Positions 11,066-24,034 are shown, numbered from the stretch's first letter. The stretch is 64,000 nt of DNA from Chiloscyllium plagiosum (GCF_004010195.1 NC_057719.1:83274027-83338026); one strand, 5' to 3'. Notes: generated by a model from the sequence alone, not told the origin. Numbers and translations: made by a program.

Positions 11066-12739
11066 ATGCCTCTATGATCATAAGCTCAGAGGAGTTTGCC
11101 AATGATTGCACAATGTTCAGCACCATTTGCCACTCCTGAGGTACTGAATCAGTCTGTGCTCACATGCAACAAGATCGGGACAATATCCAAGCTTGGGCTG
11201 ACAGGTGGCAAGTAACTCTCACGCCACAGAAATGCCAGGCTATGACCAGAAGAGACAATCTAACCACGGCCCCTTGACATTCAATGGTCAATATCAACAT
11301 CCTTAGGGGTTACCATCATCTAGAAACTCAACCAGACGCATCACATGAACACAGTGGCTCCACGAGCAGGTCAAAGTCTAGGAATACTGTGGTGAGTAAC
11401 TCACCTCCTGACTCCCCTAAGCCTGCCCACTATCTACAAATCAGGAGTGTAATGGAATACTTCCTACTTGCCTGGATGGATACAGAGGAAGATGCTCAAC
11501 ACTACCTAGGACAAAGCACCACATCCAAAACATTCAACATTTACTTCCACCATCACCGACACTCACTAACAACAGTGTTGTCGACAACAACATATCAAGA
11601 CTCCTTAGACAGCACATTCCAAATCCATGATCACTTCCATCTCGAAGGACAAGGGCAGCAGATACATGGGAACACCACCCTCTGCAAGTTCCCCACCAAG
11701 CCACTCACCATCCAGACTTGGAAATATATCGCCCTTCCCCTCACGATTGCTGGGTCAAAACCCCGGAATTCCCTTCCCAACAGCACTGGAGGTGTTCAGT
11801 CACCTCAAGAGCTGTAGCGGTTCATGAAGGTAGCTCACCACCACCTTGTTCAGGGCAATTAGGGACGGGCAATAAACGCTGGTCATGCCATGCCCCATGA
11901 GTAAACTTAAAAAGTGCAACTCACAGGAAAAACTCATTAAACTGGTGAATGAGACGTAATGATCCAACTCGTGATCTGTAGTCCATTACCAAGCAGTTTC
12001 CCTTCCTGGGAATGAGTGTGCTGGTTATACTGGAGTTTTACTTTGAAGTGTACAAGATGGGACAGACCAGTGTGTGCATGTGTGTGCCTTGTGCAAGTTT
12101 TGCTGAGTTTTGTTTTCCCCTTTTTAGGATTCAGCCCTGAGGGAACGACAAATGTCAGCCGTACAGTGCAACTAGTTCAGGAACGCAGGCGTCGAACAGC
12201 GATGTTCTCTCTCTCTCTCTCTCTCTCAAGCGAAGAGATGATTGCATGCATCAGGTGAGTGCTCTGTTAACTTTCACCAACATTTCAGACAGTGCACCTC
12301 TGGCATGGGATGCCTGTGAGCACGCGCGGCAATTTGGCAACTTGCCACCGAACACCCTCGGTAGCTCGGAGCACTTTTCTGGGCCAGTGAGGGAGTACGT
12401 TCCCCTCCTGTGGGGGGAAGGTGGGGGGAGGGGCTGCTGTTTTCCCATCACCACATCTCTCTGAGCAATACACCCCTCCAGTAAAGGGGTGCCGAATGGA
12501 ATGGGGCTCTGATCACCAACCCCTCCCAAGACTTTGCAAAGGGATGGCAGGTGGGGGCGAATTAAAGTGTTCTTTCGACACAATTCCCCTCCCGCACCAT
12601 ATGGGCCTGTTGGAAGGGGAGCTGACACAAGAGGTTTGGCAGGAGGGCTGCAGGTAAAGCAACACCGTTTACAGATCACTCCCAGAACTGACACCTCTTT
12701 TTCTGTAGCTGCCAACATCATCTTCTTATTTTGTCATAG

Positions 12740-13050
12740 TCGCTGGCAAGACCAGCATGCATTGCCCATCCCTAATTGCCCTTGGGCCATTTCAGAGGGC
12801 ACTTAAGAGTCTCCCACGGGTTTAGGAGTCCCATGTCAGGCCAGCAGATTTCCTGTGAAAGGGCACAGATGGGTGTCAAACAATAAGGCCCACATTACAG
12901 AGACTGAGCCTTACCTTCCAGTTGCTTCCATTGTTTTTAACTTCCATCAGCTGCTGAGGTGGCACTCCAACCTGTGCCCACTGGGGTTCCTAGCCCAATG
13001 CCCCTTACCATTACACCTTGGCTACTGTGCTACTGGCTGCTAAGCTACCA
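12740..13050 (-). mobile_element. tRNA-headed SINE with family-B LINE tail, old copy
   Basis: ATTGCCCATCCCTAATTGCCCTT is the antisense family-B tail; remainder resembles 965-1330. Confidence 0.55.
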
Positions 13051-13145
13051 TAAATGATGTCTCCCAAATCAGTTGTTCAGAAATGTGTTAAGTAATTGTC
13101 TCATTGAAGAGTAGTTTCATTAAATCTATTGTGCTAAGGAGATGT

Positions 13146-13915
13146 AGAACATAGAATATTAGAGCGCAGTACAGGCCCTTCGGCCCTCAATATTGCATTG
13201 ACTTGTGGAACCAATCTGAACCCCATCTAACCTACACTATTCCATTCTCGTCCACATGCCTATCCAATGACCATTTAAATGCCCTTAAAGATGGTGAGTC
13301 AACTTCTGTTGCAGGCAGGGCGTTCCACACCCTTACTACTTTCTGAGTAATGAAACTACCTCTGACATCTGTCCTATATCTATCACCCTACAATTTAAAG
13401 CTATGTTCCCTAGTGCTAGCCATCATCATCTGAGGAAAAAGGCTCTCACTGTCCACCCTATCTAGCCCTCTGATTATCTTATATGCCGCAATAAAGTCAC
13501 ATCTCAACCTTCTTCACTCTAACAAAAACAGCCTCAAGTCCCTCAGCCTTTTCTCAAACCCTGGCCCTCTTTTATATCTTTCCCCTCTCTCCCTAAACCT
13601 ATGCCCTCTAGTTCTGGACTCCTCCACGCAAGGAAAAAGACCTTGTCTATTTATCCTATCCATGCCCCTAACGATTTCATAAACTTCTAAAAGGTCACCC
13701 CTCAGCCTCCGATGCTCCAGGGAAAACAGCCCCAGCCTGTTCAGCCTCTCCCTGGAGCTCAGACCTTCCCTCCATACCAGCCAACATCCTGGTAAATCTC
13801 CTCTGAACCCTTTCCAAAGCTCCACATCCTTCCTATAATGCAGTCACCAGAACTGTACGCAATACTCCAAGTGCGGCCACACCAGAGTTTTATACAGCCG
13901 CAGCATGGCCTCGTG
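13146..13915 (-). mobile_element. CR1 LINE 3' fragments (composite of two subfamilies)
   Basis: ORF 13514-13825(-) ERLNRLGLFSLEHRRLRGDLLEVYEIVRGMDR; TAGAACATAGAA tail at 13146; an overlapping 3' region occurs twice. Confidence 0.85.
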
Positions 13916-14204
13916 GCTCATAAACTGAGTATTGTTGGGCAGGGTCTAGATCCTTTATCAAGTGGCATGGGTCCTAGATGCTTTGGTGAAAGCAGCTGGT
14001 ACCAAGTACCCAGATTGTGCTCCTTCTTGTGTAAGATAAATCCAGCAGTAGTGGGCCATCATTTGATTTATTATTATCACATGGACAGTACTGTTTTGCA
14101 CGCTATCCAGATAAATCATACTGCGCATAAGTACTTCCGGGTAGCAGAGCTGAGTGCAGAATATAGTGTTAGAACAGATTCATGCCCTCAGTGAGTTGCT
14201 CATG

Positions 14205-14670
14205 CTTCCAAGGTCATGGGTTCAAGCCCCACTCCAGAAATCTAACACCGAATGTAAGCTGCGAGGTTAGCGCAGCACTGAGGGAGTGTCACAATGCTGA
14301 CTTTGGGATGAGATGTTAAACTGCCTGCCTTCTCTGGTGGTTATAAAATGCCCCATAGCTATGTTTTGAGGGTTGTCACTGGTCGCTCTGGCGAATATTT
14401 ATCTCTTCATCTGCATCACTGGTAAAATAGAACATAGAACAGGAACACTCCCTCCATCTCACCATGTCTGTGCCAACCATGATGCCATTCTCAACTAATC
14501 CCATCTGCCAACAGAACACAGGATGACCGGTCAATAAAACACTGCTGTTGGTTGGTCTAAACTGGCTGCTGCAGTTCCTACAACAATGGCTACCCCTCAA
14601 GAATACTTCACTGGTTGAAAACGCCTTGGCATCTCATGAGCTTTGGAGAGGCGCGATGTAAATACAGGCC
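14205..14670 (+). mobile_element. Deu-domain SINE, near full length, with small LINE-tail insert
   Basis: GGGTTCAAGCCCCACTCCAGA head, GCACTGAGGGAGTG, GATGAGATGTTAAA, AATACTTCACTGG, GCGCGATGTAAATACA tail. Confidence 0.7.
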
Positions 14671-15199
14671 GTTGTAACGGATGATGATGACCTGGTTAAC
14701 TCAAGCTGAAGCTGTTGAGTCAATTGCATTCCATTGCAAGGCTTTGCCTCGTCCTGTTGCAAGTTGACATGTGGCCGAAGGAAGGTGTAATGGAGGGCAA
14801 GCCACCTCCCCCAAAATTCAAGGTCAGCACCACCAAGGCTTTGAAAGGTGGGCCAAAACCAATGAAAAGATTTGTTCTGCCAGTAACTGTTACTGACCTT
14901 GGCATGCACTCTCTATTGAACTGAGAATAATCCGGCACTAGTTTGTACCTCTCTGAGTAAAGCAGAGATGGCGCTCTGTGTGTTTCACCTCTTTGTAATA
15001 AAGTTCTACATGAGAATTGTACACAATTGTACACAATTTCTTAGATCTGTGCTTTATAAACTTGCAACAAGTTTCCATGATTTTCAAACTCAGTTGGTAA
15101 GGGAGGGAGGTTTCAGAGATTAAAAGCCCAATGTTGTCCTCCCACTTTTAATTATTGCCCTGATTCATTAGCACTTGAGGTGATCTGATGAAAGTATGA

Positions 15200-15552
15200 A
15201 CAAAAACGATTAGGTCACTTAGCTTTTTCAGCCTGTTCTGTCATTCAATAAGATCATTATCCTAACTTCAACTCGACATTCCTACATGTCCCCTGATAAT
15301 CTTTCATCCTCTTGGTAATCTAGAACCTATTAATTTATGCTTTAAAATTGATTAAAGACACTGCATCTCCTACCTATTGAGGAAGGGAATTTCAAAGATG
15401 CACAACACTCTGAGAAAATAAAATGTTCCTCATCTCTGTTTTCACTGGGACCCCCTCCCCTTATTTATAAATGATGGCCCCTTGTTCTCGATTCTTCCAC
15501 AAGAAGAAACGTCCTTTCAACATTCACCCAATCAGATCCCCTCAGGATCATC
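15200..15552 (-). mobile_element. Old CR1 LINE 3' fragment
   Basis: Antisense of the 3'UTR type seen at 61600-62185. Confidence 0.55.
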
Positions 15553-15819
15553 CCAGCCCACCCCCTCTATGACTGATGGCCTCGGTGGCCAATTAGAAGA
15601 GGTTTGATCCAAAGGCCTATGATGTGTCTCTATCACGAATAAAAGGGCATTGTAGGAGCTGTGGTTGGTCATAGCAACCATGTTACTGTTAAAAAAAACA
15701 CACACAAAAGCCTTTCAATTAGCTCCATGGAAGCTGTCATTGTTGTTTAAAGGAACCCTTGTTTCCTTGCCAGGCGCATTCATTTTTCCTCTCATGTGGC
15801 TGGGTCACTTTATTTTCGG

Positions 15820-16148
15820 TCATAGAATTCCCACAGTGTGGAAGCAGACCATTTGGTCCATCTAGTCCATACTGACCCTCTGAAGAACATCCCACCCAAT
15901 CCCTGTAACCCTGTGTTTCTCAGGGCTAACCCGCCCTAACCTGCACATCCCTGGACACTATGGACATGGCCAATTCACCTGACCTGCACATCTTTGGACT
16001 GTGGGAGGAAACCGGAGCACCCGGAGGAAACCCGCACAGACACAGGGAGAATGTGCAAACTCTACACAGTCGCTCAAGGCTGGAATTGCACCTGGATTCC
16101 TGGTGCTGTGAGGCAGCAGTGCTAACCACTGAGCCACCGTGCCGCCCC
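15820..16148 (-). mobile_element. HE1-type SINE, full length
   Basis: Head GGGGCGGCACGGTGGCTCAGTGGTTAGC, core GGTTTCCTCCGGGTGCTCCGGTTTCCTCCCACAGTCCAAAGATGTGCAGG. Confidence 0.92.
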
Positions 16149-16214
16149 AAGATGAATCCTATGAATTTGTTCACTCTTAATCTACTATCGCAAGGCTATG
16201 GTGGAAAGGAAAGC

Positions 16215-16626
16215 TTACATCTTCATCCTTAAGGGTGCTTCAACATATCTTACATCCAACAAAATGCTTCTGACTGTGTGGTTAGTGGCAATAGTCAAGC
16301 TGCACAGCAAGATCCCACCAATACCAATAAAACATAACGATTTACTTCCTCGAGACAATGTTGGCCAAGGCACTCAGGAGAATTCTCTGTGTTTTTTGTT
16401 TTGTTTTGTGGGATGGTACACTGGGGAGTTTTATACTCACTGAACAGGGCAGATGGAACTCAAAAAGGGGTGGGTTCTGATAGTGTGGCATTCCCTTGGT
16501 ACTGCACTGGAGAGTCGGCCTGGATTTTAGCTCAACTCCCTGGAGGGTTGGGGTTGGGGGAGGCGGTGTGAATGAACTCAGAGCATTTGGGTTGAGAAGC
16601 AAGTTTGCTAAGAGTTACAGCTGACC
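16215..16626 (-). mobile_element. Deu-domain SINE, old copy
   Basis: GCACAGCAAGATCCCAC, AATGTTGGCCAAGGCAC, GTACTGCACTGGAG antisense motifs. Confidence 0.6.
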
Positions 16627-17199
16627 CTTGATGAGGGATGGAGGGAGGGAGACAGAGAGATCCCAGTACTAGATGTGCAGAGATCAGCATTTATTTCATC
16701 AATACCTCTTAACAGATTACTTTGACAATGGGCCTCCTTCAACCCTGAAGAAGCCCCTTAGTGTTTTGAAAGTTAAATATTCTTGTGTTGTGTGTGTGTG
16801 TGTGTGATTAGCGCTGGTATCTATGGTAATTAATCAGACTCCAAGTGTGCCCTTCTCTTTATTATTAAAATATCGAGTGACAAACTTTGCAGTAGATTGT
16901 ATTAGTTGGGAGAGGGATTTGGTGAGAATTAGGAGTTTAACCTTGTGCGTTCCCAGCTCCTCACTGTCCATTAACATGAGCTCATCGAGAACGATCTCCT
17001 TGCAGTGAGTAACACTTATCTGTTTCCCCCTGTGCTCGCTGACCCACATAACCAATTCCCAATCCAGCAAGCTCTCCAGTTTAAAAGTCTCATTCTTATG
17101 CTCAGTTCCCTCCGTGGCCTCATCCCACCCTCTTGGCTGGGAGATCCTCCAAGATTTGTGCAAACCTTAAATTCAAGCCTCTCATACAAACTTAGATTC

Positions 17200-17750
17200 G
17201 TTGAGTCACAGAGAGGTACAGCACAGAAACCGACCCTTCGGTCCAGCCAGTCCATGCTGACCAGCTATCCCAACCTAATCCAGTCCCATTTGCCAGAACC
17301 CGGCCCATATCCCTCCAAACCCTTCCTATTCATATACCCACCCAGATGCCTCTTAAATGCTGTATTTTTACCAGCCTCCATCACTTCGTCATTCCATACA
17401 TGTACCACCCTCTGCGTGAAAAACGTTGCCCCTAAGGTCCCTTTTAAATCTTTCCCCTCTCACCCTAAACCTATGCCCTCTAGTTCTGGACTCCCCGACC
17501 CCAGGGAAAAGACTTTGTCTATTTACCGTATCCATGCCCCTCATGATTTTATAAACCTCTATAAGGTCACCTCTCAGCCTCCAACACTCCAGGGAAAACA
17601 GCCCCAGCCTGTTCAGCCTCTCCCTGCAGCTCAAACCCTCCAACCCTGGCAACATCCTTGTGAATCTTTCTGAACCCTTTCAAGTTTCACAACATCCTTC
17701 CTGTAACAGGGAGACCAGATTCACACACAGTATTCCAAAAGGGGCCTGAC
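17200..17750 (-). mobile_element. CR1/HER1 LINE 3' fragment
   Basis: ORF 17389-17655(-) LPGLEGLSCRERLNRLGLFSLECWRLRGDLIEVYKIMRGMD. Confidence 0.92.
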
Positions 17751-18261
17751 TTGAATTCCTTCACTGCACCACCTTCAGCACTCCCAGCTCCGCAACTCTC
17801 GAGCTGCAGCCCTCTCTCAATCCTGTAAGACTCTCCAAAAGACTCAGTCTTTTGGTCATCTAATCTGTGGCTCAGTGTCAGATTTTGGATGATGAAAGTG
17901 GCACTGCGTAAAGCACTCCTTGCTTTTGGTTTACACTCCAGTGTACTGGTTCAAAGCTCGATTGACTTGATCAGATGCTTGGCTCATTTCTAGAATATCA
18001 GGCCAGTGACACATGGCCCTGTAAATAGAATGAAGGTTAGTGCACAGTTCAAAGCCAGGGCTCCCACAGTAAAGGCTGCATGTTTCCTAATGGAGGTCAG
18101 GAGGAGGAATCATTTACTGTATCACCGACACATCAGCGCAATTTGCTTGTTCGCTCGATTCGAAATTTCAGAGATCCTTAAGAAGTGAACTGAGAATAAA
18201 ATTGACATTTAACTCATCCAGCTGTACATCCGTGCCAAAAATAGTCCAATCAATCAGCAAG

Positions 18262-18355
18262 GCAGATGCTGGAGATTAGAGTCGGGAGTATAGTGCTGGA
18301 AAAGGAGCAGGAGAATCGATGTTTCAGGCAAAAGCCCTTCATCAGGAATGAGGCT
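18262..18355 (-). mobile_element. Penelope terminal fragment (family A) with intact hammerhead core
   Basis: - strand ATTC-CTGATGA-A-GGGC-TTTT-GCCT-GAAA-C-ATC-GAT at ~18315-18349. Confidence 0.7.
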
Positions 18356-18481
18356 TCCAGCTTTTGCCCGTAATGTCGACTTTCCCAATCAATCAGCACC
18401 CTCCTCACACACTGTAGAAATTGTTGTTCCTTTTCTAAGTTTGGTTTCTTGTATCCTGGTCCTGATGAGTACAGGATGCAA

Positions 18482-18730
18482 AGTCACAGAGTCGTTACAG
18501 CACGGAAACAGACCCTTCGGTCCAAACCATCCATGCTAACCAAGTTTCCCTAACTAAACTAGTCCCACTTGCCTGAGTTCGGCCCATATCCCCCTGAACC
18601 TTTCCTATTCATGTACCTGTCCAAGTGTCTTTGAAATGCTGTAACTGGACCTGCATCTGCCATGTCCTCTGACAGCTCATTCCACATACGAACATCCCCT
18701 GTGTGAAAAGGTTTCCCCTCAGGTCCCTGT
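18482..18730 (-). mobile_element. CR1/HER1 LINE 3' end
   Basis: GGAAACAGACCCTTCGGTCCAA tail antisense; matches 3126-3380. Confidence 0.85.
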
Positions 18731-19179
18731 TTCAAGCCACTGCAGAGAGAGTTAAAGGGTGAAGGTTGACCTACCTGTTGTCTGCAATGGGCCCAGGAGG
18801 TGCTTGTATAAGCCAGATGGTGTGAGTCTGCTGCCACATGGCTGAGAGGGGCAAGTGAGATCCTTAACTGACCATAAATTGGCCATTTGGCAGCTGAGTA
18901 GGCCCCAGGGCACGTAGCCTACTGGCTGCCACCACCCAGTGTAACATTTTGAGAGCTCAGGGAAGTAAGTGGGGGCACGGCCATCTTTTATACGTCTACC
19001 AGCCTCAAATTTGCCAGCTTGGGGGAACAGAAAATCCAGCTCATTGATTCCAGCTCAAAAATAACCCACCAAAAAATTCCACCTTTCAGCCCGTTGTGAG
19101 CTTGCCAGCTCACTGACATAATTGCCTGTCCCAGCCTTTCCCTCTGTGTCTCTGCAAATTACTTATCTATTAATTACTT

Positions 19180-19417
19180 GCGCCTTCTCTCCGTATCTGG
19201 GTGGGTTTTCTCTGGGTGCTCCAGCTTCCTCCCACAGCCCATAGGTGTGCAGGTCAGGTGGATTGGCTAAATTACCCCGTAGCGTCCAAGGATGCGCGGG
19301 CTCAGTGGGTTAGCCATGGGACATGTGGGGTTACAGGGATAGGGTCGGGGTGGATCTGGGTGAGATGCTCTGAGTATCAGTGTGTTCCACATTCTGAGGA
19401 TTCTCCATTTCTATGAT
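19180..19417 (+). mobile_element. 5'-truncated HE1-type SINE
   Basis: TTCCTCCCACAG...GTGCAGGTCAGGTGGATTGGC core. Confidence 0.7.
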
Positions 19418-20387
19418 TTTAGAAGCTCCCTTGTAACGGATTGAAATAAAGCATTCCAAATTTCCACAGCCCTCTGTGGGAAGTGGCAATCCCATTGTGA
19501 ATTATTTTCAAGTTGTGACTTGAGGTTAGTGAGTGAAGGGTGGCCATCAGTGAATCTGATACTCCCTGTGAAGGTATTGAATTACTCTATCTGCCGCGGT
19601 GAGATTTAAACCCCTGTGCCCACATAGCCTGGATTACTCCACTGGTGACATCACCCGCTGTACCCTCCCCCGTCATAATGAAGGTTCCAGCAGCCGATGA
19701 GCTGTGGGAGCAGTATATTAAGTATATCTATGTAAAAACACACTCAAGATGATTTTCCCATTCTGGGTCTAATTATAAACCAGAAGCACTTCCCTTTCTC
19801 CTTCATCTGTGTTCTAATAACTCAGTACAGAGCAGGAATGAAAATGGGTCTCTTTGTTGTGTCTTTGAAAGACTTGCGAAAACCTTTTTTGTGTGTGTGG
19901 CAGTGGTATCAGCCTGTCTGCAAGCTCCCACCCAAGCCTTTAATTCTGACTGGGTTAGCGTCTCTGCTGCTTCCCATTGATGCAGTAATTATTACAGTTC
20001 CTGCTGTAATCCTCACAGCTCAGAAATAGAACAGCAAAGTCTGAATGCAGAGCGGCAGTCATTACTTAACTTGCAACCAGTCTGCGTTCTGGCATTCCAC
20101 ACAACTCAGAGGCCAAGGCCTCCCTCCCTCCAATGGAGCTCAGGCCTTTGTCACCGTTACTCAGTCTTCCAATGGTGTTTCACTCTTCACTGCCAACCCC
20201 CACCTCCCCCCCCTTCAACCATTCCCCACCAGTTTCCAGTCTTCTACAGACACCACCATTTCCTCAGCCCACAAGTAACGCCCTCGCTCCCACAATGCTC
20301 CTTTTGCCATCTTCAACTCGAAGGTGGAGGTGAATGCTGAGGGAGGGTGGCATCTGCTACTGTGCCCAGCTGGTCTACCTGCCAAGA

Positions 20388-20563
20388 ACATTACAATTAC
20401 AACATTTAAGAGGCATTTGGATGGGTATACGAATAGGAAGGGTTTGAAGGGATATGGGCCATGTGCTGGCAGGTGGGACTAGATTAGGTTGGGACATCTG
20501 GTCGGCATGGACGGGTTGGACCGAAGGGTCTGTTTCCATGCTGTACATCTCTATGACTCTATG
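20388..20563 (+). mobile_element. CR1/HER1 LINE 3' end
   Basis: Nearly identical to 28-197; ends CTCTATGACTCTATGA. Confidence 0.88.
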
Positions 20564-21424
20564 AAGTAGATAATTTCAGCACTGGGGCCATCATAGATGG
20601 GGCAGCTCCCATCTTAATGCAAAGACCATGTGAGCACTTCCATTGGAACACCTTGAACAATACTGGGAACGTTTCTCCTTCCTACTCCCACCAAGGAGAT
20701 TGGGAGTGAAGCCGTAACTGCCTGATTACCCACATTCATGGATGGATTGCATTCTGTGGTGTCACTGCCTAACTCCACGCACCTCATCCTTACCCCCCCC
20801 ACCCCCCAACCCTGCCCCTCTTGCCATTGGTTGCTTGACTTGGTGAGAAAGCAATCATGGTGGCTACCGTACCCACAATCCTTTGTGCTTCAGAAACCAC
20901 CCTATCCCAAACGTGATTTTACTGGCTGGAACTCATTTGTGCCGGGTTAAGGTTGCCTCCTGGGACCAGGGTGCTTTTGAATCCGGCTGGATTTAAAATG
21001 GGAGTAGAAAATGCCCCAGCGATTTTATCTTTCCCGGGAAGGTGCAGGAGATTGGTCCTTCAAGCCGGGACTCCAAGACAATCCTGCACAATTGGCAGCG
21101 TTAACACGTTGCATTTACACAGTGCCTGTAATCGAATCAAATCTCTTTGTGTGCAAGAGGTCAAACTACATTTGACACCTAATAAACAAAGAATGTTTGG
21201 GGAACATCGAGAGTTGTAAGGAGCTGCTGAAAGAAGGAGGGTTAGACCAGGAAGTTACAGCAGGACCCAGCGAGGAGAAAGACTGGGACAAGGAGAAGAA
21301 ATGGTATGAGAAAGAGTCCAAAATTAGAGAACAGGGTGCAAGAACCTCAGGGGAGTGGAGGAGTTTACAGGGTTATGGTGGGAGGGGACCCTGGAGGGAT
21401 TTAACAAGGACAAGCATTGAGGCA

Positions 21425-21705
21425 ATCAGTGGTCAGCGCTGCTGCCTCACAGCACCAGGGACCTGAGTTTGATTCCACCCTCAGGTGACTGGCTGTGCAG
21501 AGCTTGCACGTTCTCCTGTGTCTGCGTGGGTTTCCTTCAGGTGATTTCCTCCCGCAGTCCAAAGATGTGCAGGCTAGGTGGGTCAGCCATGGGAAATGCA
21601 GGGTTATAGGTTAAGGGCAGGGTCTGGCTGGGATGGCCTCCCGAGGGTTAATGTGGAGACGCTGGGCTGAATGGCCTGCTTCCACACTGGAGGGATTCTA
21701 CGATT
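21425..21705 (+). mobile_element. HE1-type SINE
   Basis: CAGTGGTCAGCGCTGCTGCCTCACAGCACCAGGGACC head, core and tail. Confidence 0.85.
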
Positions 21706-21707
21706 CT

Positions 21708-22195
21708 AATTTGGAGGTGCTGGTTTTGGACTGGGGTGGACAAAGTTAAAAATCAACTAGGCAGAAGTGGGTACTGCAGATGCTGGAGATTAGAGTCGAG
21801 ATTAGAGTGGTGTTGGAAAAGCACAGCAGGTCAGGCAGCATCGAGGAGCAGGAAATTAGAGTGCTGCTGGAACAGCACAGCAGGTCAGGCAGCATCCGAG
21901 GAGCAGGAAAATCGACGTTTCGGGTTCCTGATGAAGGGCTTTTGCCAGAAACATCGATTTTCCTGCTCCTCGGATGCTGCCTGACCTGCTGGGCTTTTCC
22001 AGCGCCACACTAACCTTAAAGTTAAAAATCACACAATACCAGGTTATAGTCCAACAGGTTTGTTTGGAAGCACTAGCTTTCAGAGCTTCCTCAGATGGTT
22101 ATGGAGTATAAGATGATGAAGGAGCAGTGCTCCGAAAGCTACTGCTTCCAAATAAGCCTGTTAGACTATAACCTGGCGTTGTGTGATTTTTAACC
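21708..22195. mobile_element. Penelope family-B fold-back terminus carrying a nested family-A fold-back insert (21756-22017)
   Basis: 14-bp TSD AAAGTTAAAAATCA at 21742-21755 and 22018-22031; inverted arms ~22021-22085 / ~22132-22194; hammerhead motifs at 21928 and 22113. Confidence 0.75.
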
Positions 22196-22924
22196 ATGAT
22201 TCTAATTCAATGATTAGATGTGGGACGTTGTACCTTTGGTAGATCTGTCGCTCTGGACCGAGACTGAGCCATCGATGGGGATTTTATACCTTACACCAAA
22301 AGTGACTGATAGCTGTCAGGCCAGTCCATGTCTTTAAGGAGTGGGTGGAAATGTTCAGAAACCTTATGCTCTCCCCGATTCACTGTGGGGAGTCTTTGAG
22401 CTGCACTATTCTTTGATCCTGTAATTGGTCCCTCTAGCCACTCAGAGGAAATTGCTCTCTCTCTCTCTGATAACCTGCTTTTAATGATACCGTACACACG
22501 TTCCCAGAGGTAGGGGGGAGGGGGAGAAGGGAGTTGGTGGAGAAAATGTCATTTAACATTTAAAATCCCAACTTTGGAGAGAAAACCAGATATAGCCATT
22601 CCTGTTCCAAACCGAGTCTGAATACAGTGGGGAAAGAGACAAGGGATGGAGCTTGGCTGTATCTATACGGAACTTCTCCACTTGAATCGCTCTCTGGTAA
22701 GTGGCACAATAAACATCAGAATGATAACACATTTGGTGCAATACAGTATCAGTACGTAAGATCAAGTCTGCTTGACACACAATGATGTCCAGTGACAATG
22801 CAATGGCTGGAGAGGGAGGTGGCAGTGTTGGGATGTCTAACTGAATGGATCTCTCGGGTAAATTCCTGCAGCCTTTTGTTCTGGATTAATAAATAACAGA
22901 AAACGATGAGTCTGGCAATGAATA

Positions 22925-23500
22925 TCAGCCATAACAGTGCAAGAGCAAAGGGGGTGATGTTGAACTTGAATTCAACATTTGTCAGACCCAAGCTGGGGTG
23001 TTGCATACAGTTCTGGGTGCCACATTATAGGAAGGATTTGTACACATTGGAGAGAGTGCAGAAGCGGTTAACAAGAATGGTTCAAGGGAGGAGAAACTGA
23101 GGATCGATTGAAGATTGGGACTATTCTCCATGGAGAAAGGAAGGCTGAGAGGAGATCTGATACAGGTGTTCAAAATATGAGTGGACTGGATAAGGAGAAA
23201 TTGTTCCCACTGGAAAAAGGGATCAAGAACCAGACAGCATAGATTTTAAAGTGGTTTGCAAAAGAAGCAAAAATATTGTGTGCAATATCTTTTTCACCTA
23301 ATGAGTCCTCAGTGTCTAAAATACGCTGGAAATGTGGTGGAGGCAAGTGCAATTGAAACATTCAAGAGGGGTATTCAATGGTTCTTTGGATAGACATAAC
23401 ATACAAGGGTCTGGGATTAAAGCAGGCAATGGGCAAGAGGTAATAATGCTCATTTGTAGAGCCGTTGCACCTATAATGGGCCGAATGGCCTTCTTCAGTT
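22925..23500 (+). mobile_element. CR1 LINE 3' fragment
   Basis: ORF 22906-23100 VRPKLGCCIQFWVPHYRKDLYTLERVQKRLTRM. Confidence 0.85.
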
Positions 23501-23679
23501 CTGTTCCTCTCAGGCAGGTGATGAATTGGGATTAAGGTGATTAGTGATTGAGCTAAGATTGGAGGTTGTTTAGATCAGAAGGCTACCCTCCAGTGCAGTG
23601 CAGGGCAGAGGGAGAGCTGCACTATCAGAGGTGCTGTTTGGGTGTTAAGCAGGCACCCGCTCCATCCCCTTGTAGAGAA

Positions 23680-24000
23680 GGCAACGATTCTGTCACTGGA
23701 TCCAGAGACGCAGGCTAATTCACTGGGGATGTGGGTTCAGGTCCCACCAGGTCATCTGGTGGGATTTAAATTTCATCAGTAAATCTGGAATTGGAAGGTA
23801 GCCTTAGCGACATTGACTAATCTTGGAATAAAATCATCAAATTCCTTCAGGAAAAGAGGTGTGCCATCCTTACCTGGTCTGATCTCCATGTGATTCTTGA
23901 CCCACAGTGAGGTGATTGATATGGCCAGCCACTCAGTTGAAGGGCAATTAGGAACAGACAAATAAATACCAGTGACACCCACATCCCATCAAAGAATGCC
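23680..24000 (+). mobile_element. tRNA-headed SINE made of family-B LINE head plus tail
   Basis: GTGGGTTCAGGTCCCACC B-box-like; TGCCATCCTTACCTGGTCT as at ~9623; tail GGGCAATTAGG...CCCACATCCCAT as at ~11853 and ~55080. Confidence 0.65.
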
Positions 24001-24034
24001 TTCAGAAAAACGATCACATTTTAATATAACATAA

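Larger units (their letters stand above)
9430..11910 (+). mobile_element. Degenerate LINE family B with SINE-like head, RT remnants and 3' tail; nested solo LTR and HE1 fragment
   Basis: ORF 10246-10470 LDTAKAMGPDNIPAIVL...CPVHKKQDKSNPASYKPISLL (non-LTR RT N-terminal motifs); GAPRGG..GPTTFNCFINDL; tail GGGCAATTAGGGACGGGCAATAAA. Confidence 0.85.

Noticed and set aside
11284..11817. 177-aa ORF
   Set aside because: Frameshifted read-through of the degenerate family-B LINE 3' region.
16947..17003. Minus-strand peptide EIVLDELMLMDSEELG resembling a SAM-domain segment
   Set aside because: Too short, weak splice signals and no supporting neighbouring exons.
17005..17673. 222-aa plus-strand ORF
   Set aside because: Mostly the antisense strand of a CR1 LINE 3' end.
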